In this document: positions 1 to 14,601 of the stretch, piece after piece | Layout of the letters: the number at the start of each line of letters is the position of its first letter | Numbering within the stretch: position 1 is the stretch's first letter | Source of the DNA: Lingula anatina | Lineage: Eukaryota > Animalia > Brachiopoda | Assembly (NCBI GenBank): GCA_051362555.1 | Contig: CM120648.1 | Coordinates: 15,186,587 to 15,250,586, forward strand | Reading direction: 5' to 3' | DNA: 64,000 nucleotides | Program-made: the position numbers and the translations under genes | The notes under the pieces: model-generated | Told to the model about the DNA's origin: nothing | The model's input: the letters and a program-made list of their open reading frames with translations, nothing else | Databases searched by the model: none

Positions 1-361
1 AGACTAAGATGCAGAAGAAAGCATGCGATAACCAAAGGTACGAGTCGAGCAGAAGAAAAGAAAGTTGAGGAAAAATGAGTGGACATTTTAAAACTGCATC
101 TATTTCAACTTTTGTTATTATATTATTATTTGAACGTTTTTTATATACAAGCAATTGCACCATACAGATGTATATAAACAAGGCAGCAAAGCTGTCAAAT
201 GTACAGACAAAAACCAGAAAATAAAAACGCAGGAAATAGGATACTGTCAATTCTGATGAACTAATGTATTATGCTTACTGTAACTGCATAGCCAACATCA
301 AATTCTTATTCTGCATAACATTGGATTAGGATGAAAGTAAAATGTGTATCAAGCATTAGAC

Positions 362-580
362 TAAGTTCCCATACCTAGTTCAATCTAACAGGATCAATCC
401 AACTCCAAGGGGTTTCTCACTAAATTGCTTTCAGTTTGAGAGTCTTAGGATTCTGGCATGCCAGTTTCAGTAGGCGTGACAGACAACTAAGCCACTTACA
501 TTGATTGCAATTTAGCGAGAATTCCCATGGAGATAGATCGATCCACAGTTAGCGTGATAGGGTCTGGAAATAGTCCCTAA
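362..580. mobile_element. Palindromic MITE (Harbinger-like), same family as 16299-16514
   Basis: Shares TTCCCATA, TCTCACTA.ATT.CTTTCAG, TTTAGCG.GAA and CTGGAAAT blocks with the copy at 16.3-16.5 kb; TAA-like flanks. Confidence 0.5.
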
Positions 581-2073
581 GGTGTCAGGCTGATAAGAGT
601 TAAACTTTGGAAATGCCAGAATGAGGTACAGTGAAAATTACACACAAAAAAAATTGCTTAAACTCATTATATACCTGTATATATATATTTATATTATTAA
701 TTTTTTTTTTTTTGGCTGTGTGTCAATCCTAAGAATCATTCTTGTAACTTAACAAAATACAGAAAATGTTACAAAGTAAGAGTACAGGGCTCCTGGCAGA
801 TGGGAGTGATAAGTCACAACTTGAAAATGCCAGTATAGCACTCTATAAACCTGCATTGCCTCCAAAACAGAAAACAATCACACTGGTTTTCAAACACAAG
901 CTGCGCACTTCTGTCTTATGAAACTTTTCACTTTCAGTATCGTAAGTAACATGGTTTTCCCTTAATCGCTATCCTGGCAGCAGTGTCCAAAATAGGGTTT
1001 TCTTCAACTTTCATGCAATAAAACATAATACTTAACAGCATAATGACCATCAAATTTTTTATAAAAAAATAAAAGTATCATGAATATTCAGAAAATGTGA
1101 TTTGGGAAGGTCTTCAAGGCCATGGAAGTTCAGAGTCACACTTTCAAAATGCCAAAATGTAAACAAGAGATAACTGTACTGAAATAATTTTCTTTCCATT
1201 TTCAACACCTTTTTTAAAACAAAATGATCAATAAACTGTCATTTTTAAATGTTCAACTAGGAAAATTGTTGACATAGGAAAAATATCAATAGAACAATTT
1301 TCAATGTCCAATTTGCTCCATTTGCAGATGCTGAACATAGTGAATGATTAAATCTGACAAACTGCAATGATGAGTTCCTTTCCATTTATGATACTTTATT
1401 ACACAATGCACAATATTATAACAGGTTTACCGTCATTTTTATATAATCAACAAACAATATTGTTAAGAAGCAGAAAATGTCAAAACAACACTTTTACATA
1501 TCTTATTAGTTCCATATTGAGACTGTTAACATGCCTAAGAATTAAATCTGAAGAAATAACAATTATATACGAAAATACAGAAAATGCACAGCACTTCTGG
1601 TGGATGGGAGTAAAAAATCACATCTTGAAGATGCTAGTGTTTGAAAAATAATTTTAAAAAATTTTTTAATAAAATGTAAAAAATTCCAATAAAGCTGCTA
1701 TTCAAACTTTTAATCTAGCTGTATTAACTTGATATTAATAACCCCACCAAGTTTGAGAAAAATAAAGCACTGTTATGCATCTATAGCATGTTGGCATAAC
1801 ACATTCTTTTTGTTGTAAATTATTTGCAATGTTAAACACCATTTATCTGCACAATTATCACCAAATCCTAATTTTGTGACACAGTTAAGAGAGCTAAACC
1901 TATGGGACTTTACAGGGAAATCTCAAGGAGTGTCTTATGTAATCTCATTTAATGGCCAATTGAAAATTAATGAGTAGGCAAGTGACTTTATAGACCTTAA
2001 TTTAATTAGTGATCACCCAAGGGACAATTTTAAAGACTGCTATCCATACAGTACCGTCATATAGCACAAAGGT

Positions 2074-3592
2074 GTTGCATACATGCTGAAAAAAGTGAAA
2101 AAACAGCATTACTTCCCTAAAAATGACCCGATCATGCTGATTTTCAAACTTGACCTGCGTATTATGAATATTCATTAGTTCTGCAAGTTTCAAACCAAAA
2201 GGTTAAATGGTTTTCCACTTATCATGTTATCAGTGTTGCATATATGCTGAAAAAAGTGAAAAACAGCATAACTTCCCTAAAAATGACCCGATCATGCTGA
2301 TTTTCGAACTTGACCTGCGTATTATGAATATTCATCAGTTTTGTAAGTTTCAAGGGAAAAGGTAAAATGGTTTTCCACTTATCGTGTTATCGGTGCTGAA
2401 TATATGCTGAAACAAGACAGCACTGTTCTGCAATGGGTTTACTTCCATTTTTAAAACACTTTTTTAACATAAAACAAAATAAACAGTTTTCTACCATTTG
2501 TATATGATCAACTAAGAAAATTGATGAGATGGGAAAAATATCAATAGAACAGTGTTAAATGTCCAATTTCCTCCATTCTGAGATAATGAATATAGTAGAT
2601 GATTGAATCTGACAAACTGCAATGATATTTGTTTATTACCATTTTTGACACTTTATAACATAATACACAATAACAAGTTTACCATCATTTTTACATAATC
2701 AACTAACAATGTTATTAAGATGCAGGAAATGTCAAACAAACACTTTTACGTATCTTATTAGTTCAATAATGAGACTGTTAACATGCCTAACAATTGAATC
2801 TGAGGAAATAAGAAAAAACAGCATAACTTCTAAAAGAATGGCCCGATTATGCTGATTTTGGAACTCAACCTGCGTTTTAGTTAGTTTGACTACTCCTGTG
2901 AGTATAATGACAATTGGCCTCTGTTTTTCTTATATTGTGTTATTAGCGTTGCATATATGTTGAAAGAAGTGAAAAAACAGCATAACTTCCCTAAAAATGG
3001 CCCGATCATGCTGATTTTCGAACTTTACCTGCGTATTATGAATATTCATCAGTTCTGTAAGTTTCAAGCCAAAAGGTAAAATGGTTTTCCATTTATGGTG
3101 TTATCGGTGCTGCATATATGCTGAAAAAAGAGAAAAAATAGCCTAAATTCACTAAAAATGACCCAATCACGCTGATTTTCAAACTTGACCTGCGTATTAT
3201 AAATATTCATCAGATCTGTAAGTTTCAAGCCAAAAAGTAAAATGGTTTTCCACTTATCGTGTTATCGGTGCTGTATATATGCTGAAAAAAGTGAAAAAAC
3301 AGCATAAATTCCCTATAAGTGACCCGATCATGCTGATTTTCGAACTTGACCTGCGTATTATGAATATTCATCAGTTCTGTAAGTTTCAAGCCAAAAGGAA
3401 AAATGGTTTTCCACTTATCGTGTTATCGGTGCTGCATATATGCTGAAAAAAGTGAAAAAACAGCATAAATTCCCTATAAGTGACCCGATCATGCTGATTT
3501 TCGAACTTGACCTGCGTATTATGAATATTTATCAGTTCTGTAAGTTTCAAGCCAAAAGAAAAAACAGTTTTCCACTTATCGTGTTATCGGTA
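2074..3592. repeat. 161-bp satellite-like tandem repeat, about 7 copies in two blocks
   Basis: Unit starts at 3109, 3270 and 3431 give a period of 161. Further copies at about 2074-2400 and 2810-3109. The blocks are separated by a copy (about 2440-2810) of about 1190-1560. Confidence 0.9.
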
Positions 3593-6500
3593 AAAGTGCA
3601 CGGCGACGGCGACGACGGCGACGGCGACGGCGACGGCGACGACAGACGCAGATGATGGCTATATGTACAGACACATCTGTGTCTGTACATAAAAACCGAA
3701 CATTACGTTTTGGTTCTACACAAAAACAATTTTCATAACTACTTAGCATTTCGATAAATATACCAAGCTTATATACAACTATCCATAGCTTAATTTGTGG
3801 GACGTTCTATGCATTTTAAAAATTGTCGTTCAACATCAATCGCTTTGGTTTTAAAGTGTCTTAGAACACAGCGGACAACATGAAACTCTCAGGTTTTTGC
3901 CCAGAGTTAAAAAAGAAAGTTGAAGATTTGACGATGTATTTTACAGCAATCGTTCAAAGTTGACATTGGAGTATTTGTCTTGTGACTGATCCAAAATTTC
4001 ACCGAGGGACATTTTTCTCGTAATTCAAGGGTGGTAACAGTATAGAAAATTCAAAATGCATATGAGCTCATGTCAGCGTTACCCTGCAGGCGGGTACACA
4101 CTCATGACATCACAACTTCCTCTATGTCGCCATGCTGATGATTGCACACAACACCAAACAGAAGTCAAATATTATTCAATTTTGATGACTGCTTTTCTCA
4201 AAGATAAATAAATATGTATCTCCTATTTTTTGGTCATTTTTCTTCCCTTTAAATCTTATAATAAAACAGAAAATTGGTGACAATTTTGAATGAACACGTA
4301 AATTTACGCGTTGTGCTAATCAAGAACAGCATAAAGACATGGTCACTTTACAACCTTATCCCAGTCATGATCTTTTTATAAGAATATTATGTAAACAAAA
4401 TTGAAAAAGTCATGCAAAAACCAATTCACTTAAAATAACTGAGCACATCTACCAAAAACGCTCATGAACTCAACTCTAATATCTGGTGTTCAGTGATCAA
4501 GAAACACACAGCCAAAATAACCCAACAGCCCGTGCAGGACTGGCACCTAATCAGGCCTTTTGTTCTCAAACACAACTTGATCCCGACCGAAATATAGAAT
4601 TAAGAAAGTATTAAGTACAAGATCAACATTAAAAAACACTGACCTTTGCAATTGTTTTGTAAAAAATTAGTCTAACCAATCAAAATGTCTTCTATCTGAC
4701 AGAATGTTGATTTTTCATATTTGATTAGACTAAGAAAATACCACAAAATTAAAAGGATTCTCAGACAATAAGTCAGTAAAAAATCGCTCTTTTCGTATTA
4801 TTTCAATAAAGATCCAATTTCGTCATCTTTAGACGATTGACAAACGTTGACGGTCCACAAAAGTTCGTTCAATTACTAGGGAATACCCGTTTCCACCCAA
4901 AACAGAGCTTTGCGATAACTGTAGTTATCGAAACGTATTTGATAAAGCTTTTTCAAATTTTCAAGTTGTAAAAGGATGCGATAAATGCCAGTCCTACATA
5001 TACAATTAAATTGACAAAAGATGACAAAAGGAAACACATTCTTCAATACACTTTTTCTCTTTGTGACATTTAACATTTCCACATTGCAAGAAGGCAAAAA
5101 TCACTCTTTTTTTTAAAATAAAATAGTATATCAAACCATCGGGAACCAAAGGAAGTTTATTTTTACCATGCTTCATAACCGCATATTCACAAGTTTAAAA
5201 AGACCCGTTTTAATACGTACGTGTGGGCAATTGTGCAATAAGTTGGGCACATTTCACAATTTCACACTACCGTTAATTCTTAAGTGTCATAATTTGGATT
5301 ATAGCGTTACAGTTTATTGTAAATTTATATCTCGTTCCTATTTCTTCCAGATTCCTGTATGCATTTTACGTAATGGAGTCGCGAAGTTTTTTTTCTTTTC
5401 TAACTTTAATAAAATCAATATTTGTCTCCAATTTAATATAAATAATCCTTGTGCATAACAATGCGTCTTATTACATATTTCCCACACACAATTTTACAAT
5501 CAAATCGGTCATATTAGCACAGTGCTCTACCTGAACATCACTTAATGATAATTTTACAACAATTGATTTTATGTTCATGATTTTATGTTCATAGATCACT
5601 TAAGCAAGGAACTTTTTTGTTTTAGTATAACTTCAAAAGTGTCATTTCAGGTTCGATAACTGGTGGGTATGAAAAATATATGTAAACTACAATAAAAACG
5701 TGCGGATAGAGCACTGTGCTACAACTTATTTACACATGTATAATAATATACCAGCGACGTGCAGGGTTGACGCTTTGATTTGATCCATTTTATCAGAAGT
5801 TCCATGAATAAAACACTCGTTACACGCTGCATTTCTTTTTATACACGGGTTGATGCAGAATATTACAAACCAAAGCAAATATTACATTTCAAACCGAATC
5901 AAATGTCAACCCTGCAAGTTGACTATACGACAAACTTCGACACGCAAGACAACGTTGACATGGGTGCGGGCGCTGGGGAACACTAATCTTATGTCTTTGC
6001 TGGGAGTGCGTCCAATTTCATCGTAGACAGTTGTTACGAGCTTCTGAAATTAAATAAAAAATGAAATACATTAAACAAAATTCACATGCGAGAAGAAATG
6101 AAACAATACCAAAGGATTTGATAAAGTGAAATATAATCTTTACACCGATCCATCTCGGTATGCATTTTAATGCATGTTAAAACAGCTATGAAAATCATGT
6201 TATAAAAATAGATATATCCTCGGCATATTGCACCTACAGGTTCTATACAATGACACACTTTACAACGCCATTATTACTATTGCATGCCCTGTACACACTG
6301 TTACACGTCAACATAATAATCTTTAAATGTATCTATCTTTGCAAAGCCATATCCCTCCACGAGAAGTATTTTGATGAAGACTGCATATTTGACTACGCAA
6401 ATCATTTTACCATAAAACAGAAAACGAACTGTCACAAAAGATACCAGTGTTTGAACTTCTGTATATTTGCAATAAATGTAAGCATTTGACAAGTTACCTG

Positions 6501-7502
6501 CCCAGTTGTCTTGCTTTGTTTAAGCCGGAATAACCCAACCAGACTGCGGACAGCTGGAATGATATTTCTGATTTATTGGCAAAAGTGTTCCCTCTGGAAA
6601 AATAACAGAAAATAAACATTTTCTTCAAGCTCACTTTGGACATCTTAGAGAAAGTGACGTTCACGTCAGTTACATGTCCCCATGGTCAGTACGACTTCAA
6701 CATAAACTGTAGCTTACAGTTTTGGGGAAATATTGTCAATATATAAAAGAAGGAATGTCAATGAAATCATCAAATTGAAGTCAAGGGAGGTCGACAGTAC
6801 CAAGTAAAGTAAGTTTTCTTTCCTGGCCGCGACCAGTTCTCTAGAAAACCATTTGTTTATTGTCAGTTAACTTTAATTAACAGGATATATTTGTACAAGC
6901 CGCTATCGTAAGAAAAAAATGTACCGGCTGTTACCTGCTTTGTCTTCATGCTTTGTTCAAGTCGGAATAACGCTTTAAGACCTTTGGACGCTGGGATAAT
7001 CTTCTCACTTCTTTGTGAGCAAATAATTTCCTTCTGGAAAAGTAACAGAAAAAAACTATTAAAATTTCAAGCTCATTTTGACATTCGCGTCAATAAATAT
7101 ACAGAAGAGCCCCTACCCCTGAAATGGGAAATGCATACTTTTTTTGATAAAACATTGTCAACATAAAACGACCAGTGTTGTCTTATATCATCTATACAGT
7201 ACTTACAACAAACTACATCAGTTCTCAGTGCCAAAATTTCAGTCTAAGAGTGGATATTGTGGCGATGTGGCATATGAAACTTCTTCCTCTTCCTACTGAC
7301 CTAGGTCCTATCTGAATACCTCTCACCAAAATGCTCACCTGGTTTACGTAATAATATCACTGTCGCGGGATTGTGTTAGAGAAGACAAGATGCGATTTTG
7401 CTTGTCCAGTCTACAACGTTCGCTAGTTACTGTACAAACAAGCCTCTTGTCTATAGATCTTCATGCCCAAGGAATGAAGTCGTCATCATAATCATTATTA
7501 TT

Positions 7503-7785
7503 TAGGGGCGTATCCAGGATTATTTGAAAGGGGGGGGGGGAGTTAGGAACGACAGGCCTGGGATGCGAATCCGACCCTCGCCCCCTCCTCCATCCCCCTT
7601 GACGTGGGGTTGCGGCCCCGCTGAAGGGCACTGAAAAAATTTGGTATGTTAGAGGGCGAACGGTGCCATTTGCTACGGTCTAGAACTATGATTAAGCTAG
7701 TCAAAATTCTAATATCAAGAGATTTATTTCTCAGGAACCGAAGGGGGGGGGGGACCCTCCTGACACCCCATTAAACCCGCCACTG
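7503..7785. mobile_element. GC-ended MITE (CAGGGGCGGATCCAG...CCGCCACTG family), copy 1
   Basis: Imperfect terminal inverted repeats; colinear with 13533-13810. Confidence 0.7.
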
Positions 7786-8437
7786 CTTAGACTGCAGTGT
7801 TTTGCCTGTGCCGCGGTCTCGGCTTCATTATTATGGCTAGCATAAAATTCGTGCGTTGTACTGGTTGTGTTTACACACGGCAGGATAGGTCTCAACAAGT
7901 GTTAACTTTCGACCAGTTTGTGCCCCCCCCCCCCCCCCAAAAAAAAAAAAAAGAACCAGCCCGTCCTTTCCTGTGTTGACGTGAAAAAAGTGGGCAGGGG
8001 GCTTTTAAAACACCATTCTTTTCATAGCCCGCGCTCCGACTGCCTTGGGCAGCCGTAGGGGTCTGAGGAGGGGGCCTTCCCCCAATATATTTTGAATTAT
8101 GCCATTCATGTTTTGATTTTGTCTTTTAAACCAATTATAATTCTTATACAGCGGAGCAACCATTTTATATATAATGAAAATATAATGTTTTATCAATCCG
8201 ATGAAATATAGTATAAAATATTGAACGAACAACTTCAATAAATTAAACCAAGAATTTAAAGTCTTTCATTAAACCAGCCCGACTTTTTCCACTATTACTT
8301 TATTAATTTTCACACGCTATTGAAATCTGGAGTTTTTTTATACTTATGAAGTACTAACAATATATCGCAGATTAAAGCTCGAAAAATTATTAACGCATTG
8401 CGTAAAATTGTTTTCAATTTTAATTTGGCAGTTTTAA

Positions 8438-10618
8438 GTGCCAGTTTTTTTAAGCACCAGACAAGTGCGGCAAGGTGGGGGTTCACAGAATTTGACCTTA
8501 TTGGGCTGAAATACTTGCCTGAGGACCCTTTTAACTTCTGCCAAATGTTATGCCATAAAACTGTATTTCAAGGGATTTATGCCCAATTTTCTGTTTTTCC
8601 AGCTTTCGAAGCAGATTTTCAGTTATCATACACGTCACTCATATATATGCTTATTATACTCTTATCTAGCAATATATTTACTATGTACATGTATGATGTA
8701 TTTTGTTGATCAATATTCTTCCCCCCAAGACTTTCAAACTAAAAATATAACCCACCTTGTTCACACTGTACCCACTTTTTTCACCCCACCCCCCAAAACT
8801 AAGTTTAAGCATGGCAATTTTCAGAGGGTCATAATACCCACTAGTAGAGGTCCGATGGCTGTCAAACCTGTATGGGTTTGTAAAGGAACATTAAAAATAT
8901 AAAGTACAAAGGAGATCCTCGTGGCCTTTTCTTTTGTTGGCGATATATTTTAATATTAAAATATCCGAAAATTGTAAAATTTGAATGGGTGTTGCTCTTG
9001 TCTTGGCCAGTAATACCTGCTCAATTACTCTAATCACGGCAGATATGAACAATAGACTTTACAAGAATAGGCAATTGCCCTATAACAGAGCCCACCTTTG
9101 GGATTTAAACCGTCATATTCATATTTTGATGACTTGTGATAGAAATTTATGTAGCTTTGGTTAAGACATAAACCCTTTTCAACCTGCTACTTGGTCTCAA
9201 GTTTTTACCCTTTGCTCAATAGCTTCCATCTCGATTGTACACCTGGGAATGGTATTCCCTGTAATACTATAGCTTACAAAATTAATTAAAAATACTTTTA
9301 GTCTAATAAATTTAATTATTCAGAAAATAAAACGACAAACAACCCACATTTTTCTTACATTTAATCATATAAAGAAAACTGTTTTCCTTTAACTTTTCTT
9401 TTCATCTACTACTTCAACAATTATTGGACACAAGTGGGCACCAATCACACACACAACTTTAAATCAATCAACAATGTTTCATTATGCATAATCATCTCTT
9501 TATTGGATCTTTAAAGTTTAAGTATAAATAAGCAAATTATTTGGAAGTGTAGCAAACAATTGAAATCTTCAAACTGGAAAATACTTATTACCAATAACTT
9601 AATAAATGGGTGGAAGGCATTGTAACTGCCATTCAAGACTACTCCTGTCACCCTTAACTGAATAAGACACCGACAAAGTTTTGACTCAAGATTTAAGTGA
9701 ATGTTTCAAAAAAAAAAAAAAGTACACTTGATTTTCATTCTACAAAAACATCAAAGTAATGCAAATCTATATTATCCAACTGAATCCCCTTCCTGAGAAG
9801 AATGAAGAAATAAGTTGAACTTATGTAATGGTGTAATTCATGGATTATTTTTCACTACTCAGGACCAGGAACATATATTGCTGCTTTCAAATATATAAGT
9901 CAAACTGATCTTTTGCTCCAAGGAATAAAAATATGATATTCAATATCAATATCTCAGTAAAATCTTATCCCATTTAAAGGTGGCATTCACGGATATCTTC
10001 AGTAAAATGAAACAGAAAAAAAGCAGCCATGATCCTAGGTTTCAAAAAAAAAAAAAAAAGAACTCCGAACATTTATCATGGGACTCAACACCTAAGCGGC
10101 CAGAGGTCCGGGACACCTTGAATTGAATTTAAAAATGCGGAATTCCACGTTTCTGGGGCAAAAATTCATGTCTGAAAAGCTCCTTGTAAAAAAAGGTCAT
10201 CGAAAAGTGTCAGTTTTCATCATTTAATGAAGCTCCCATAAATTACTTCCTCTTGGGGGATCTCCTTGCTACTTGCTTGGATCATCATGGCTGACATTAG
10301 CTATCTGTCAGGTCATTGGTGTCCTTCCACTGTAGATACAAATACTTGTTCAAAGTAGATAAACATCAAAAATACATTTTAGTTTGTTGGCCAGTAAGTC
10401 AATCCTCTTCACAAAACTTCTTTTTCGGGTGCTTGGATTAATCACTATTTTCTTTGCCATATATATCTGATTCCTGGCTGCTCTTTCTGACCAGTCTCCA
10501 AATTAACATCTTCTAGCTAAAATAACAACAAAAATTTATTCTTTAATCTATTGAATGGTTTTAATTTTCAACCAACAAAATTTACCATGAAACCCCATTT
10601 TAGGCTACAACTAAACTT

Positions 10619-10688
<70 letters not shown>

Positions 10689-12249
10689 CATGTAATTGTG
10701 ATATGATTGTTACCCTTTAAATCACTAGCAATGATCTATAAAAGCAGTATTATTTAGTTGTGAGGGTTCTGTAACTTGTTGCTCATACAAAAAAAAGTTT
10801 ACACTGCTAACATGTACAGTACAAACATAAGCTCTTTTCACTTTACGTAATAACAAATTTGCTGTGGTTCTGAGGGTCAGAGATAGCAGTATTTAGATGA
10901 TGACTTAGCTTCACTTGTCTAATTACTATGCATATTTAATTCAAACAACACAGATATCATACCATTATCAACCTTCTGTCTGTATGAAAATTCGGTGTGT
11001 TAATTAATTATAAAGATGTGACGAATGTCAACTTTTTAATTACCTGGGCCCAACGAACTGAATATCTTGGCTTTGTCTTGATAAAAATTTGGATACACTG
11101 TGCATGAAAGCTCCCGCTTGGTCCGAGCAAGGAAAGTCCTACAATAACAACTTGGTTCGAAGAAGTAGTTGACGTGTTCTTGCAGCTCCCCAAAGTATCC
11201 ATAGCATGTGACGATGCGCTGGACACACGACTGAGTCGAGCTCACTCTCCATTCCTCTGATCTGATGACATTGCCTCTCATTAGCCTCTCACTCTGCATG
11301 TAACTTTTAGCATCGGGAGGTGACCCCAATCATCTCAGTCGTATCTCCTGAGTATCGCACAACCTTTCCGTCTTTGTAACGGTCTACAGAACAACAAAGT
11401 ATGCGCTTTGCTGCTTGAAATTCGGAAAATCTGCAGTGCATTCATCGCAGGTTTTCCACCACTGCTACTTGAAACTGTCATGGCCGCCTACACGAATTTA
11501 GTTTCGAATGCATGTTTGCCCCCGTATTTGAACTTAGCATATACTTAATATCCAGGAATCAATAAATAAAAAGTACAGAAGACTATTTAAGTTAATTAGT
11601 CCCTAAGTAACGTTGAAATTAACTTAAACATTCTTGAATGCAAGTCGAAACTGTGGGAAGCAAAAATGTTTTACGATAATGTAGCCAGAAAATAGAAGAA
11701 TTTGCGTCGCTGTTGCAAAATTTGTAGGGAAAAGGCCACGCCAGTGTTTTAATTTATGGTAGGCCCCTTGTCCATATTTTCAGTAAATATCAGTGATATT
11801 ATCTAAGGTGCTCTACTAGTGGAGATATAAGGCTATTGACAGGGCGGGTATCTGCGGCAGTCATCAAGTGACCTCAAATAACCTCGGTAGTTTGTAACCA
11901 TAGCAACGGATTTATGATATAAATCTCTGTCGTTATAAAGATTATATATCCATCTTTCAATTGTGGTATTGACCGAAGTAATGTATTGATCACTTGATGC
12001 ACATTTGTGAAGCAAACTTTGATGAAAAATACACCACTCACACAGCTGAAAAGTGAGACGGGAGCCACGCGAGGCAGTGAAATATGAATATGGCTGTATC
12101 TCGACAATAACGCAACGGAAAGCTTTAATATTTTACAGTTAAATTAAGGTCACAAAGGTGATTAACTGTGGGCAAAATGAGTGTATTCTGTGAGAACCCC
12201 ACCTTGCCGCTTTTTGGCTGATTTGCCTGGTGGTTAGAAAAACTTGCAC
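8438..12249 (-). mobile_element. Decayed long-TIR DNA transposon with TTAA flanks (Sola3-like) and transposase relic
   Basis: TTAA-GTGC...GCAC-TTAA ends. Inverted homology includes GCGGCAAGGTGGGG..CACAGAAT near both ends and CCACTAGTAGAG about 400-430 bp inside both ends. Minus-strand relic VCPAHRHML.ILW near 11200. Confidence 0.55.
10625..10683. repeat. (TA)n microsatellite
   Basis: Seen directly. Confidence 0.95.
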
Positions 12250-12546
12250 TTAATTGTGTAGTTTATTTAAAAAGAACCTGGGATTCTTTCACGTTGTTAA
12301 ATTTCTGTCTCTCGGTTGAAATAAAGAACCCGACGTTTTTCAACACGCTGCAAAAAAGAAAATAAAATGTCTCCTACCTCCAGAATGTTACGACATGTAT
12401 TGTTATAGACAGGTATGAATTAAATTCAAACAGGCTAATTCAACTTTGATGGAAGCTATCAAGCGTACACGACTATGAATGACATTTTTTAAACAAACGT
12501 CAAACACAATTACTTCACTCTTCTCTCCGAACATGTAAAACTCCAA

Positions 12547-12808
12547 TATCCTTTGATTGACAAGATGCCAATCAAACTCATTAGTTTTGATATTTGCTGT
12601 CAAGTAATAACAGCTTGATTGGCAGGTTATATAAACAAACGTCAATCACAATCATTACACAGTGGATCACTAAAGTCGTCTAACACGTAAAGTTCCAGCT
12701 TCCTACATCCTTTGATTGACAAGGTGCCAATCAAATCCAGTTAGTTTTGATACTTGCTGTCAAGTAATAACAGTTTGATTGGCAGGTTATATAAACAAAC
12801 GTCAATCA
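12547..12808. repeat. Local direct duplication of about 100 bp, period about 160
   Basis: TCCTTTGATTGACAAG...ACAAACGTCAATCA occurs twice. Confidence 0.8.
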
Positions 12809-13532
12809 TCGCGCACTGTGATTTCTCTCGCTGTGAAACAGTGAATACGCCGAAAGAGAGCGCTAAAATCTGAAGTTAGTAATTACATATTTCAAGAGAA
12901 TATATACAACGTTTCCAAAACTAGTTCTCTTTCTGAACCCTTCAGCGTATCTAATACGACACTCTAGATTACAAACTATTTTGTAAAAAGAAGAATTTAG
13001 CAAAAGAAACCAATTTAAAAACATATTCAAGTAAAGAAATATGACATTTGACGTTATCCTAGAGGTAGCGCATGGGTCATTTCAAAATTAGTACAACAAT
13101 GTGCCCCTGTATGTGCGTGGAAGAAGGAAGAATAAATGTTTTTGCATTATGTGTGGAGTATTGACAGGTTCTTTTGCTGTCAATGTTTACTTTCTACAAA
13201 ATGATAAATAAATAAATAAATAAATAAATAAAAACGATACTAATTCATCTCCATTAAAGGTGACTTTTGTGTTATGATAGAGGTAAGTGGTTTAATTCTT
13301 GCGGAGCTAAATGTTAGCAAGGACCTGTTATAATAAATGGATGGGAAACAAAAATATAACTGTTAACAAAAATATTACTTTCTTATTTAACAAACAAACC
13401 GCTATTTCGCTCTTGTAACTATTTTTTAGTTTATTTTATTGCAGTAAAGCGTGGATAAAATAGTTCAAAACATCCTCACAGCTCCGTTGTTTTTGCGACT
13501 TCAGCTGCTGGGGTAAGGTGAAGGGGAGAGGA

Positions 13533-13810
13533 CAGGGGCGGATCCAGAATTATTAGAAGGGGGCAGAAAGACAGGCCTCGGATGCGAAGCCGACCGTCGC
13601 CCCCTTGGTGTGGGGTTTGGGGCCTGCTCAACGGTCCCGACAAAAAAGTGGAGTTTTAGAGAGCAAACAGTGCCCTTTGGTACGGTTTTAAACTATGATT
13701 TAGCTAGTCAAAATTCTAATTTCAAGAGGGGAGTATTAGTGTGATATATTTTTCAGACACGGAAGGGGGGGGGTCAGTACCCCCTGACCCCCCCTCTAAA
13801 TCCGCCACTG
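13533..13810. mobile_element. GC-ended MITE, copy 2
   Basis: CAGGGGCGGATCCAG...TAAATCCGCCACTG. A third, inverted partial copy starts at 14842. Confidence 0.75.
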
Positions 13811-13852
<42 letters not shown>

Positions 13853-14601
13853 ACATCCCAGTACAAACATGCCGTTGCATATTGCTCAAACACTGTTAGT
13901 ATTTAACACTAAGTTTTGTACTTGTATATCTAATATTTTTTATTTTCATGCAGCAGTACATGGGGATATATGTGCATCATTAAGAAAATAAAAAAGAACT
14001 CAGATAAGAATCAGTTATACAAACGAGTCCCTTAATGTGTTAGATTTTTTTATGACTAGAAGAAGTACAAAGCACCAAGCTATAGACCTCATAAAAACTC
14101 AACACTCTGAACTTGACCAAAATTATTATCAAAACGAAATCAGTAAAGCGCAAAAAAAAAAAGAAATCATAATAAAAATAAAAAAATAAAAAATAAAAAA
14201 AGAGGAAGGAGAAGGGGGGGGGGGCAAAATTACGTATTTGAAGCTGTGCATTAATTGACTGGTGTCTTGGCCCTAGGATACAAGCTGGAGAAAAGACGTG
14301 CTTGTTTGACTGAATTTCATTGTGACATCAGTGAACACAGATGTTTCTGTATCAATCTGTATCAATGTGAAGTTTATATGCGCGAACGTGAAAACGTCTA
14401 ATGGTTTTTCTTTTTTTATCACCCATTACAACATATAGATGTTTTTCTTTTTAATGACATTTTAATTAATTATAGGTTCTTGGCACTGACGCCTCCTAAG
14501 TTCACTTTGCCAGTTTTGTTTAAAGCCGCTACTAACGCGTTCCTGGAAAGCGCTAACTTTAATGTGATTTCTGTTTAAACCATAAATATCTAAGGCTATA
14601 T

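Larger units (their letters stand above)
176..3695 (-). mobile_element. Non-autonomous Helentron/HINE (DINE-1-like) element with central tandem repeats
   Basis: Perfect 14-bp stem-loop TATGTACAGACACA-tc-TGTGTCTGTACATA at 3662-3691 followed by an A-run, next to a (GACGGC)n microsatellite at 3601-3650. The other end has subTIR ATGTACAGACA (199-209) and the small hairpin GGCAGC-aaa-GCTGTC (182-196). Internal 161-bp repeats. This is the canonical HINE layout read on the minus strand. Confidence 0.8.

Noticed and set aside
1367-8238. Short ORFs in the first 8 kb
   Set aside because: AT-rich or repeat-derived, with no motifs or consistent exon structure.
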